IMG/VR virus record: IMGVR_UViG_3300020045_006075
Location: 1 to 40,393 of that record
Direction: 5' to 3' (one strand)
DNA length: 40,393 nt
Source: a virus
Lineage: Duplodnaviria; Caudoviricetes
Shown: piece after piece, positions 8,634 to 16,907 of the stretch
How positions within the stretch are numbered: the first letter of the stretch is position 1
Layout of the letters: each line of letters opens with the position of its first letter
Translations under genes and position numbers: made by a program
Notes under the pieces: generated by a model
Databases searched by the model: none
What the model saw: the letters and a program-made list of their open reading frames with translations, nothing else
What the model was told of the DNA's origin: nothing

Positions 8634-9867
8634 ATTTTTTCTGATTGAATTTATAAACTACATCACCGTTTTCGTCTAATCTATCGGGAATAAGAATACC
8701 GTCAAAATATTTGTAAGGACTTTTAGCACTCTTAGGAGTATTCCAGATATTCCTCATATATTCTAAGATAGACTCTTTCTTGTGTTTTCCCGCACTTACT
8801 AATCCTAATCTTTTAATCGGGGACGAACTCTTAACCTTATCTAAGAAATTATGCTCGTGTTTCTTAATGTCCGAGAATTTAACCTCTCCCGCTTTCTTGG
8901 CTTGAACTATCGCTTGAGTGAATTGACATTTAGCAAAGTTCTTAAAATAAGGACTATCATCAGGCAACCCACAACAACTTCCGCATTGACTTCTTTCCTT
9001 GTGATTGGCGTCACTAACAAAAAACTTCAGGTCAATTTCCTTACAAAGTTTTTCCATTTCCTCAATATAAGGGCGTTTGACTTCGTAGTTAAGTCTAAGG
9101 TATCCCGCCCCTTTGGATTGTAGGCGATAGAATTCCCAAAGGTCAAAACCTGCGTATTGGCTCATTAACTTATATCGTTCTTTAAGTCCATTTCCTCTGG
9201 TTTCCAAACAAAAAAACTCCGTAGATAAACCGTAAGCCCCGACTTCTTTGGCTCGCCTAATAAGTTCTAAGTGCGTTGGATTAGTAACCCCGATAATAAA
9301 AGGTCTTAATCTCAAATTAACGGCAGCCACTCCTAACTTAGCATATTCCCCAATTCCCCATAATCTTTCCTCAGGGGACGGGACACCTTGTTCTATGACT
9401 CTAGCCTTTTCCTCGTCTAAGGTAATAATTGAAACTTTGATATGAATATTTTTGGCGTCCTTTAAAACAGCTCGGTATCTTTCGTCTTTTAAGTGCCAAG
9501 TGCTTTTACTAGATAAGGAGATAGGATAATCTATCTCCCGAAAGAACTTTAAAAGTTCAAGGGTAGTACCGTGCTTTTGCTCTAAAAGGTCAAAGGGTTC
9601 ACTCATACCGCCCCATTGCATAGGGATTCGTTTCTTAACATATTCGCCAAACTCCGAACTATCAGGTTCAAGGAAAATCTTTTTGACCTTATTGACATCT
9701 ACTTGTTTAAAGTCTTTTCCCATTACACTTTCGTTGTGCATTTGCTGATAAAAAGCAAAACAGTACTGACATTTATACGAACAATAAGAGTAAGTATCAA
9801 AAGTCATCGGCATACTACAATCTAGTATCTCGTAACTCCACCTTGGACTTTGGTAATAATTTCCCAT
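8611..9867 (-). CDS. Radical SAM enzyme, spore-photoproduct-lyase-like
   Basis: DTY..CSYKCQYCFA (CxxxCxxC), GGMSEPF, IE.GVPSP.ERL, RLRP.I.GV, and an extra CGSCCG cysteine cluster. Confidence 0.9.
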   Translation of the reverse strand: MGNYYQSPRWSYEILDCSMPMTFDTYSYCSYKCQYCFAFYQQMHNESVMGKDFKQVDVNKVKKIFLEPDSSEFGEYVKKRIPMQWGGMSEPFDLLEQKHGTTLELLKFFREIDYPISLSSKSTWHLKDERYRAVLKDAKNIHIKVSIITLDEEKARVIEQGVPSPEERLWGIGEYAKLGVAAVNLRLRPFIIGVTNPTHLELIRRAKEVGAYGLSTEFFCLETRGNGLKERYKLMSQYAGFDLWEFYRLQSKGAGYLRLNYEVKRPYIEEMEKLCKEIDLKFFVSDANHKERSQCGSCCGLPDDSPYFKNFAKCQFTQAIVQAKKAGEVKFSDIKKHEHNFLDKVKSSSPIKRLGLVSAGKHKKESILEYMRNIWNTPKSAKSPYKYFDGILIPDRLDENGDVVYKFNQKKYESSSRK

Positions 9868-10457
9868 TATTTTTTAATTTCCTCTATTAAATCAGTTAAC
9901 TTAGTTCCGTCAATTTTCTTTAGATATTTCCCGTCGTTCAAGAACTCCGAAACGGTTTTAGCTTCTTCCTCGGTATCAAACATAAAGACGAGTATTTGGC
10001 TTTCACCCGAAGTTAAACCTTGAATTTCCTCAGGATTTATTCCGCCCACCTCAGAGTCTGGACCTTGATTGTAAAATCCTAATTCCCAATCTTCAAAACC
10101 TGATAATTTAAGGTCAAACTCACTATTCTGCAAGCTCGTGATTAATTCCTCTAATTTACTTCTGTCCCACCTACCCGAAATTCTATTTAAGGCTAAGTTT
10201 AAAAGCTTCTCTTTATCCCCGTCAACCTTAACGATAACGCAAGGCACTTCTTTAAGTCCTAATTCTAAGGCAGCTTTGGCTCTCATATGTCCGCCAACGA
10301 TGTAATTCTTGTGATTGATAATAATCGGCTCTACCATACCAAATTCTCTAATAGAGTTTTTAAGATTTTCAAACTCCTCTGGGGTGATTTCTCTTGGATT
10401 GTACTCAGAGGGAATAAGTGTAGCGGGGTTTAGATTTTTTATTTCTAATTCGTTCAT
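9867..10457 (-). CDS. ParB/Srx N-terminal domain protein
   Basis: L.P..YNPR, L..SI.EFG..EPI, I.GGH.R..A, LALNRISG.WD. This is the phage DNA-modification-associated ParB type. Confidence 0.9.
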   Translation of the reverse strand: MNELEIKNLNPATLIPSEYNPREITPEEFENLKNSIREFGMVEPIIINHKNYIVGGHMRAKAALELGLKEVPCVIVKVDGDKEKLLNLALNRISGRWDRSKLEELITSLQNSEFDLKLSGFEDWELGFYNQGPDSEVGGINPEEIQGLTSGESQILVFMFDTEEEAKTVSEFLNDGKYLKKIDGTKLTDLIEEIKK

Positions 10458-10855
10458 AGTTTATTTAAATTAATATTTTCTTCCGCCACCCTTGTATCTC
10501 CTGATACTTCATCGGGTTCACTATTAACTTGTGGTGCGGGAGTTTTAAGTGGATTATAACCATAAGCTCTACCAAAATCTTCATTAAACTTTCCTGTTTT
10601 GGGGTCTATGGGTTGTATCATATTTTTAGCGTTATCGGCTCTATCCTTTTTAAGTTCTACTCGTCTTTTTTCCGAGATAAATAATTCTGGACTGTAAGAA
10701 GTAAGATTGCCAACATTAATCTCTCCACACTTAACGCATTGTCTAACAACGTGGTGCATATCTTGTTCTATAATTTTCCAACACCCGCCATATTTTACAT
10801 TGGCGTCCATACCTAGCATCGGATAGTGATTACAAATTGGGGATTTTTTGGTCAT
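10454..10855 (-). CDS. Hypothetical protein with Cys/His zinc-ribbon-like N-terminus
   Basis: CNH...C...CVKC. Confidence 0.6.
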   Translation of the reverse strand: MTKKSPICNHYPMLGMDANVKYGGCWKIIEQDMHHVVRQCVKCGEINVGNLTSYSPELFISEKRRVELKKDRADNAKNMIQPIDPKTGKFNEDFGRAYGYNPLKTPAPQVNSEPDEVSGDTRVAEENINLNKL

Positions 10856-10988
10856 AGGATTGTTTTAACTTTAAAATCTCTTGATTTCTTTTCCTTATCA
10901 TTTCTCGTCTTGCATTATGTTCGGAGCATAAATGCTGAGTATCAAAAGTAGTTGCTGGTTTTTCGCAATAATCGCATTTAATTTCCAT
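10830..10988 (-). CDS. 52-aa zinc-finger protein (not in ORF track)
   Basis: MEIKCDYCEKPATTFDTQHLCSEH...NL*, CxxC...CxxH. Confidence 0.7.
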   Translation of the reverse strand: MEIKCDYCEKPATTFDTQHLCSEHNARREMIRKRNQEILKLKQSYDQKIPNL

Positions 10989-11211
10989 TTTCCCCCCTTA
11001 TGGTTTTCAAAATTCTTTCTTCCCTTTCAATCGCAATTTCTTCCTCAGTCTGGGGTTCATCGTCAAAAATAACGGCTGACTCTTTGGGTTTTACCTCTTT
11101 AATGGCTTCCTTAACTCCTTTCAACGATAGTAAATAGATTAACCCGATAATTTCCCCCGCCAAAAAGAAAACTAAGACCAAAGATATTAAAATCTCAATT
11201 AGAATAATCAT
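10978..11211 (-). CDS. Small membrane protein
   Basis: Hydrophobic N-terminal ~30 aa followed by a charged tail. Confidence 0.7.
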   Translation of the reverse strand: MIILIEILISLVLVFFLAGEIIGLIYLLSLKGVKEAIKEVKPKESAVIFDDEPQTEEEIAIEREERILKTIRGENGN

Positions 11212-11672
11212 AATGCATTATGAAGATTATTTAACTCCAAAACCTTAAACTTATAAGTTTTGATTATTTCCTCTAGTTCATCACGAGTATACTTCTTAGT
11301 TTGGTTAGAACGGAAAATTAAATCATCAACAAAATCCTTTCCATAGTCGTTTATCAATTTGATTGCGTATATTCCCAAGTTCCCACTAAGCCATTTATTA
11401 CACTTAACACATTGACCGTGTAAATTATTCTCATCAAAATCTAGTTTACCGTGTCTAAAATGCCCCGCCTGAAAATATCGCATATCCGTATCAGCCCCGC
11501 AGGTATAGCATTTACCGTGGTGTAAAGTTTTAGTGGTGTTTAAACAATCTCGTAATCTGACATACCAATGTATCCATTTCTCGGCTTCTTTCTTGAGCTT
11601 CGGATAAGGTCTTAAACTATTTTTCCTAATTTTATTAGGACTTTTTAGTGTCTTTTTTTTCAAATTGGTCAT
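11208..11672 (-). CDS. ninG: NinG/Rap-family HNH endonuclease
   Basis: YVRLRD, CYTCG, QAGHF, FDENN.HGQCV.CN...SGN...Y. Confidence 0.9.
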   Translation of the reverse strand: MTNLKKKTLKSPNKIRKNSLRPYPKLKKEAEKWIHWYVRLRDCLNTTKTLHHGKCYTCGADTDMRYFQAGHFRHGKLDFDENNLHGQCVKCNKWLSGNLGIYAIKLINDYGKDFVDDLIFRSNQTKKYTRDELEEIIKTYKFKVLELNNLHNAL

Positions 11673-11898
11673 ATCCTCTAATTCTTATTTTACCAAGATT
11701 GGCTAGGTGTTGTAAAGTGGCGACGATTAAAGAGAAATCTCTTTCATAGTAAATCGGCACTACTCTACGACCATTTTTCATATAAGAACTAGGTTTAATA
11801 TAACCCTTTTTGACATAAGTCCAAAGAGTTACATAGTCTATACTCCAATTAAGAGTTTTTTTAAATTGTTCTAACAATGTTGTATTGTTATAGTCCAT
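11635..11898 (-). CDS. MerR/excisionase-like HTH protein (likely start MDYNN)
   Basis: I...TL..YVKKG.I.P...NG.R...Y pattern. Confidence 0.6.
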   Translation of the reverse strand: MDYNNTTLLEQFKKTLNWSIDYVTLWTYVKKGYIKPSSYMKNGRRVVPIYYERDFSLIVATLQHLANLGKIRIRGYDQFEKKDTKKS

Positions 11899-12433
11899 AA
11901 GGTGTAATATCCAAACCGCCACTACAATCGCAGATTTGGCTTGGGTCGTATTTAATTATTAATTTATTACAGGTAGCACATTTTATAATTTTAAATGGTC
12001 TTACTACTTCAACGCCATTATGGATTGCTTCAATCTTAAAATCCTCATAAGATAAAGTTCTAGCCTTGGCTAGTAATTCACTTCTATCCTCATCGTTTAA
12101 ACCCTCTAGTTTAGACTTCATCATATTCAATCTTACTAGGGGAATATCTAAAACTTCATCTTTTGATAGCTTAAGTTTTTCAATATAGAATTCATAAACT
12201 TTAATATAAACATCAGCCGTAGAGGGAGTTATATTAATTTCGGGATTAGCCAAAAACGACCGCCAAGTATCAAACCCACCGTCACCCATTTCTTTATAAA
12301 GTTGATTATTCTTTATCTTACTCAAAACACTTCCGAGGTCTAAAAATAGCTCTCTTTGTTCTTTGAGTAAGTTCTTTGTTAACTGGTATAAAGCAAAGGC
12401 TTCTTTTCTTTGTAGTTCAATATTGGCGGTCAT
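11888..12433 (-). CDS. DUF3102-like protein with C-terminal CxxC
   Basis: FL.LG..L..IK...LY....F.TW..FL.....I....A..YI pattern. Confidence 0.6.
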   Translation of the reverse strand: MTANIELQRKEAFALYQLTKNLLKEQRELFLDLGSVLSKIKNNQLYKEMGDGGFDTWRSFLANPEINITPSTADVYIKVYEFYIEKLKLSKDEVLDIPLVRLNMMKSKLEGLNDEDRSELLAKARTLSYEDFKIEAIHNGVEVVRPFKIIKCATCNKLIIKYDPSQICDCSGGLDITPYGL

Positions 12434-12447
12434 AGTTTTATAAATTA

Positions 12448-13110
12448 TTAAAAGGGCATTTTTTCCTCGGGTTTTTCCTCATCAGGAATAATTATATCCT
12501 CAACTTCATCTCTACCGAAAGTTTGAGTTGATGCCTTAACCCCTGTAACAAGTTCCTCTAGGTCTAAACTACCAAGTCGCCCCATTTCGTTAACCTCATC
12601 GGTGGTTAACTCTTTGGTTTGCTTACTGTCTATTCTGGTTAGCTTGTAATACTTAGCTGGACTTTCCTCGGTTCTGGTTAGGACATAATCGTACTCGTAA
12701 ACATCAATCCCATCTTTATACTCTTGTTCTAATTCTTGACGAACTCCGATTGTAGTTTTAAGTATCTTTCCTTTACCGTCCTCTCGGTCTATAACTGGGT
12801 AATAAAAAGTCATTTTGACTTTAAAGTTTTCGGCTTCTTTCATTACACTTTTCTTTTCTTCATCATTTTTTAGTAAATCGGCTTGAGTTTTAATCGCCAA
12901 GTATTTATTACAATACTCGCACTCCGAACCGTTCATAATTCTCGGACAATTACTGATTATCCACTTATCACCGTTCTTGATGAAGTGTTTACCGTCATAG
13001 TATCCGCCTTTTATTAACCTGAATTTAATCTTGTCACCCTTAGATTTAAGTTTGACAAACAAACCGCCTTTATCTATGTTTAGGGTTTCACCCATACTGA
13101 AATTTGGCAT
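12448..13110 (-). CDS. ssb: Single-stranded DNA-binding protein (T4 gp32-like)
   Basis: F.KL...GD...FR, H...C...C..C zinc ligands, V.DR..G..KIL, D..LTR.....Y, and an acidic tail ending in PF. AGGAG RBS. Confidence 0.8.
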   Translation of the reverse strand: MPNFSMGETLNIDKGGLFVKLKSKGDKIKFRLIKGGYYDGKHFIKNGDKWIISNCPRIMNGSECEYCNKYLAIKTQADLLKNDEEKKSVMKEAENFKVKMTFYYPVIDREDGKGKILKTTIGVRQELEQEYKDGIDVYEYDYVLTRTEESPAKYYKLTRIDSKQTKELTTDEVNEMGRLGSLDLEELVTGVKASTQTFGRDEVEDIIIPDEEKPEEKMPF

Positions 13111-13145
13111 AGTTTTTTCTCCTTTTAGTCAATTAATAATTGTGA

Positions 13146-13670
13146 CTAACTAGTGTGATTGACATAACTAATAAATGGTTTTAATTGATAAGCCTTAATT
13201 GCGTGATTATCCCATTTCAGTTTAACGTGGTAGGATTTTTCCATAAAGTCGTCAAAGCTAATAACTCCGTAAATACTAATCGCTTTATAGTCGTAATCTA
13301 CCTTTACAAAGCAAAAATGGGTTATACCTTTTTCTCTTATACTTTCTAATTCACTATCAAAGACTAAAAACTGACTATTAAAGACATTTGAAGTGCCTTT
13401 AACATCAATTAAATCGTTCTCGTATTTAATATCCCCTCTATCGCCAAAGGTTCTCCTTTCTAAACGATAACTTTCAAAGGGATAACCTAGTTCTTTGAAT
13501 TTTATCTCTACCGCCTGATGAGCCAAAGAGCCAGTAATATCTCTATTCTCGGTAGCATTTCTAGTCTTTTGACCAATACTTGACTTCAAGCACTCAGCGT
13601 CAACTTCTGCTAATTTAAGCATTTCGTCAGTAATTGGAATTGAACTTATAAACATTATAAAGTTAAACAA
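13146..13670 (-). CDS. PD-(D/E)xK restriction-like nuclease
   Basis: G.LA..AV...D..DI......IDVK. Confidence 0.65.
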   Translation of the reverse strand: MFNFIMFISSIPITDEMLKLAEVDAECLKSSIGQKTRNATENRDITGSLAHQAVEIKFKELGYPFESYRLERRTFGDRGDIKYENDLIDVKGTSNVFNSQFLVFDSELESIREKGITHFCFVKVDYDYKAISIYGVISFDDFMEKSYHVKLKWDNHAIKAYQLKPFISYVNHTS

Positions 13671-13945
13671 TAAACATTAATAATAATAGTCACTAGGCTA
13701 AGAATTGAAAAAACCCTGTATATAGTTTTTTTATGTTTCAATCTTTCGGTTGTCAAAATCACTAAGATTAAAGCTAAAATCTGATAAGGAATAAATAGCC
13801 CCTTTTCCCCTATCCACCTCATAGTAGGGTTTAGCTCAACTCCCCAACCACCATATTTATTGATATTGAGTATGGTTGTTATTACATCTAGTATTCTAGT
13901 TATTATTAATAAAATCATTTGTTGTATTTTGTTGTTAACTTCCAA
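13655..13945 (-). CDS. Small membrane protein (DUF5658-like)
   Basis: LD..TT...G..E.NP.M and three hydrophobic segments. Confidence 0.65.
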   Translation of the reverse strand: MEVNNKIQQMILLIITRILDVITTILNINKYGGWGVELNPTMRWIGEKGLFIPYQILALILVILTTERLKHKKTIYRVFSILSLVTIIINVYCLTL

Positions 13946-14232
13946 TCAAACCATTTTTTATGAGTACGATCTGTTTTTTGTTTTTTAACATTTAACCAAT
14001 AGTCTACTGGTGGTTTATATTTAATTTTAGTAGAACCTAATTTTTTTTGTAACAAACCAACCTTTTTGACTGGACAATTTATATGTAATTTAGGTTTAGC
14101 TGTTCTTTTATTCCTTTCACTACACTCTTTAAGAGCTTGTTCAAAGGGTTTTAATTCCTCTTTACTTAAGTAATCACCTTTGTAAAGTGAGTTCATAATT
14201 ATTTTTCCCATTTTGAACGACTGGCGTTCCAA
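13915..14232 (-). CDS. Basic hypothetical protein
   Basis: Gap-filling ORF. The true start may be internal. Confidence 0.55.
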   Translation of the reverse strand: MERQSFKMGKIIMNSLYKGDYLSKEELKPFEQALKECSERNKRTAKPKLHINCPVKKVGLLQKKLGSTKIKYKPPVDYWLNVKKQKTDRTHKKWFDWKLTTKYNK

Positions 14233-14726
14233 TGATTTAAAGCTTTTGGATAACCGTCAGTTTCTAATACTTTATAAAAGCAATCAATGTTATCTTTGAA
14301 ATCGTAAACATTTTTACCTTTACAGTAGGCGTGCCAAGTTCCATTGATAAATTGATAAATCCCCGTAGCAGTTGAATTTCGGTTCTTAGCCATAGGGTTA
14401 AAATTACTTTCAGCTCGTGCTATTCTGATAAACTTTGATATAGTAAAATCGTCATAACCCAACTGTTGTCCACGACATCTTACATAGGTAATAGGGTCGT
14501 AATCGCAAGGAATTTCAATAGCCTTTACTTCCTCTACTTTCACAGGCAAAGATTGTCCTGTGGGCTTTAGTGAGCCATTAGGTCTATCCGCAAGGTAGCA
14601 ACCAAATAAAGAACCAATAATTAGCCCCCACATAGCAGCAGCTAAGGTTCTGCGGTTTACCCAAAATGATAAGCGTTCATAAAACTTGGTTCTTTTGTCA
14701 AGTTTTCCTGTTTTTGTTTTTTTCAT
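14199..14726 (-). CDS. Membrane-anchored lytic transglycosylase (SLT domain)
   Basis: N-terminal TM helix, IARAESNFNPMAKN..STATGIYQF...TW. Confidence 0.9.
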   Translation of the reverse strand: MKKTKTGKLDKRTKFYERLSFWVNRRTLAAAMWGLIIGSLFGCYLADRPNGSLKPTGQSLPVKVEEVKAIEIPCDYDPITYVRCRGQQLGYDDFTISKFIRIARAESNFNPMAKNRNSTATGIYQFINGTWHAYCKGKNVYDFKDNIDCFYKVLETDGYPKALNHWNASRSKWEK

Positions 14727-14731
14727 ACTTT

Positions 14732-15010
14732 TTATAAATTATTAACTAAATTTTTTTCAATTTTCTCCCAATTTATAATACCTTTTTCTACGAATTGTTT
14801 AACCTCGTCCCACCAAACACCATTTAAACCATTTGGAATTAAAAATGCTTGATTGGTTTCTCTTAACTTATCCTCGGCAATTTTTCCGAACTCTTTATAA
14901 GCTTTAACTTTCATCTCATCATCTTTGGGATTATATAAACCGTACTTGCTAGCGTAATTCAAGGCTACAATAAAATCTTTACTTAACATTTTTACCCCCT
15001 CTAAATCCAA
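14732..15010 (-). CDS. Hypothetical protein (likely start MLSKD after GAGGGGG)
   Basis: ORF track entry with an SD-like run upstream of the internal ATG. Confidence 0.65.
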   Translation of the reverse strand: MDLEGVKMLSKDFIVALNYASKYGLYNPKDDEMKVKAYKEFGKIAEDKLRETNQAFLIPNGLNGVWWDEVKQFVEKGIINWEKIEKNLVNNL

Positions 15011-15110
15011 AAAAACTATTTAATGGGTCTAAGTTTTGAACCTTGACCTCATTTCTTTTATTCATAGCTCTAACCTTTCGGTTATTGGCTTTTATTTCTT
15101 TTTTAGTCAT
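14979..15110 (-). CDS. 43-aa basic protein (not in ORF track)
   Basis: MTKKEIKANNRKVRAMNKRNEVKVQNLDPLNSFFGFRGGKNVK*, the first ORF after the 15137 promoter. Confidence 0.55.
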   Translation of the reverse strand: MTKKEIKANNRKVRAMNKRNEVKVQNLDPLNSFFGFRGGKNVK

Positions 15111-15136
15111 ATCTTTTTTAATCATTAACTAATCTG

Positions 15137-15164
15137 ATTATAAATCATATTATTTACAAGTCAA
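15137..15164 (-). promoter_or_regulatory. Sigma70-like promoter with operator copy 3
   Basis: TTGACT-16-TATAAT. 15138-15159 matches the 22-bp palindrome at 19/22. Confidence 0.8.
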
Positions 15165-15481
15165 TGAGTAGGTTTTAAGTTCTTTTTTGGCTCTACATAC
15201 CGCCAAATGAATTTTTTAAAAGTTTTAAACTTACCGTGTAATGCCCTTTGAACATAATATGGTCGGTATCCTAATAGTCTTTGGATTTCCCCTAGTGAGT
15301 TCCAATAGGCAACGATATCGCCTGTTTTCTTGTCTATTTGATAAAAAGGCTTAGAGCGTTTAACGCAGTGGTGTTTTTTACCTTTAATACATTTCAAATG
15401 AGCAGTGCTTTGGTAGTATTTAGTTGGTTTACCGCAAATACGGCACTTTGGATAATTACGCATTATTATTTTTAATAACAT
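15161..15481 (-). CDS. NUMOD1-type DNA-binding domain protein with zinc finger
   Basis: CRIC...H..C followed by KP..Q.D...G.....W.S......LG.....V.....G...T...F.WRY. Confidence 0.75.
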   Translation of the reverse strand: MLLKIIMRNYPKCRICGKPTKYYQSTAHLKCIKGKKHHCVKRSKPFYQIDKKTGDIVAYWNSLGEIQRLLGYRPYYVQRALHGKFKTFKKFIWRYVEPKKNLKPTH

Positions 15482-15531
15482 AAAGGCTTATACCTAAAGT
15501 GCTTTGTCAAGAGATACAAGCCTTAATATTA

Positions 15532-15603
15532 TTAATTATGGACTCCTATCAACCAAAGTAGGATGGGGACCAGTAGACAAAAACCTACAATAAGATTTTT
15601 CAT
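15532..15603 (-). CDS. 23-aa hydrophobic peptide (not in ORF track)
   Basis: MKNLIVGFCLLVPILLWLIGVHN*. Confidence 0.45.
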   Translation of the reverse strand: MKNLIVGFCLLVPILLWLIGVHN

Positions 15604-15614
15604 ATAATCTAGTT

Positions 15615-15866
15615 TCATTTTTTCTCCATTTTCTCTTTAATTTCTAATCTTAGTTGGTTTCTGATAAAGGCTGAAGTATTAGGAAAATTATTTTTATCAA
15701 AAACATCTTCTAATCCTCCCACCGCTTCTATCCACTCTTTATCTCTGTTATCTAGTTCTGATTTGATGAGTTTTAATAAAATTTTACAAGTTTTATCAAC
15801 ATCTTCGCTATAAATAACTTCAGTTAAAATAGGAACTAATCTTTCTTCTAGTGATTTAGTTTTCAT
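15615..15866 (-). CDS. Hypothetical protein
   Basis: ORF coupled to its neighbour by an ATGA overlap. Confidence 0.65.
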   Translation of the reverse strand: MKTKSLEERLVPILTEVIYSEDVDKTCKILLKLIKSELDNRDKEWIEAVGGLEDVFDKNNFPNTSAFIRNQLRLEIKEKMEKK

Positions 15867-16078
15867 AGTTTTTCAAAATAAATATTATCTAATTCTTTTG
15901 CATTAACTCTAATTTTATGGTTATCAAATAATTGAGGTAGAATAAAAATCAAACTTTGCATTTGGTCTTTATCTAAATCAACTTGATGAATTTTACCTTT
16001 TACTTCAATTAAGACTGCACATTTTTGGTCTTTTACTTTCCAAGTGTTTCCCATAGTTGGTTTAATGGTTTTTGGCAT
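15863..16078 (-). CDS. Hypothetical protein
   Basis: ORF in a tightly packed early cluster. Confidence 0.65.
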   Translation of the reverse strand: MPKTIKPTMGNTWKVKDQKCAVLIEVKGKIHQVDLDKDQMQSLIFILPQLFDNHKIRVNAKELDNIYFEKL

Positions 16079-16081
16079 TAG

Positions 16082-16273
16082 TTATTTATTTAAAATTTTA
16101 TTAATAAACATTTTCCAAGGTGATAGCCACTCAACTTTACAAATTCCAGTTCCATACATAAAACTATTTCTAGTCCACTTTCTACGGACATAATCAATAC
16201 TATGGTGGTATCTTTTCTTTCTTTTAATCTCAAACTTGATATTTAAATTCCCAATCCATTTATTAATTTTCAT
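16082..16273 (-). CDS. Hypothetical protein
   Basis: TAATG coupling to the upstream gene. Confidence 0.55.
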   Translation of the reverse strand: MKINKWIGNLNIKFEIKRKKRYHHSIDYVRRKWTRNSFMYGTGICKVEWLSPWKMFINKILNK

Positions 16274-16740
16274 TACTTTTCCTTTTGTAAACTAATAAGT
16301 AATTGTTTATTAAAAAGTACTAACTGGTTTATTTTATCCCACATCTTTATACCAGAAGTAAGTCTTATACAATCTCCTATTCCCTCTAATCCACCACCAA
16401 GACTATCTGGCACTACTAACTTATCTAGGTGTTTAGTGGTTTGGGTAGAGGGAGATTTAAACTCGGTTAAAGACATATTACAGAAACAACACCTCTTGCC
16501 ACCAGTCATAGTTTCTTGAAATTTATGTTTGCATACTGGTTTATCTTGTTCGCATTTTAGACAAATTCTATAATAATCTCCGTGAAAAGGACAGGTATAG
16601 ACAAATCTTTGGTCTAGGGTTTTATCTTCTCTTACTGGTTTATCTTGTTTGGCCAATAGGTCTTTAATTATAAATTCATAATCACCTTCTAATTGGCGTA
16701 ATCCCCAAACAATATTTTTTCTACTGTGTTTCCAAATCAT
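16273..16740 (-). CDS. Hypothetical Cys-rich protein
   Basis: CPFH..CLKC and CKH..CCFC, with an internal QDKPV duplication. Confidence 0.6.
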   Translation of the reverse strand: MIWKHSRKNIVWGLRQLEGDYEFIIKDLLAKQDKPVREDKTLDQRFVYTCPFHGDYYRICLKCEQDKPVCKHKFQETMTGGKRCCFCNMSLTEFKSPSTQTTKHLDKLVVPDSLGGGLEGIGDCIRLTSGIKMWDKINQLVLFNKQLLISLQKEK

Positions 16741-16907
16741 CTTTGTTTTGAATTAATAAACTGTTGAGCTTCCTCATCGTCTACCACCCAGATTTCAATA
16801 TGGTTTTCTTTTACTTTGTGGGCGGTTTTGAACTTACCTTGTCTGGCATAGTTGTTAATTGTGGTTCGGTTTAGTTTAAGGATTTTTTGTAGTTCAGTTA
16901 TTTTCAT
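16737..16907 (-). CDS. 56-aa excisionase/MerR-like HTH protein (not in ORF track)
   Basis: MKITELQKILKLNRTTINNYARQGKFKTAHKVKENHIEIWVVDDEEAQQFINSKQR*. Confidence 0.85.
   Translation of the reverse strand: MKITELQKILKLNRTTINNYARQGKFKTAHKVKENHIEIWVVDDEEAQQFINSKQR

Noticed and set aside
9867-10457. ParB as a plasmid-prophage partition system
   Set aside because: No ParA and no HTH/dimerisation region. The context is the modification-terminase locus.
16737-16907. Excisionase implying a temperate lifestyle
   Set aside because: No integrase, att-like site or divergent repressor was seen, so it is treated as a generic HTH protein.
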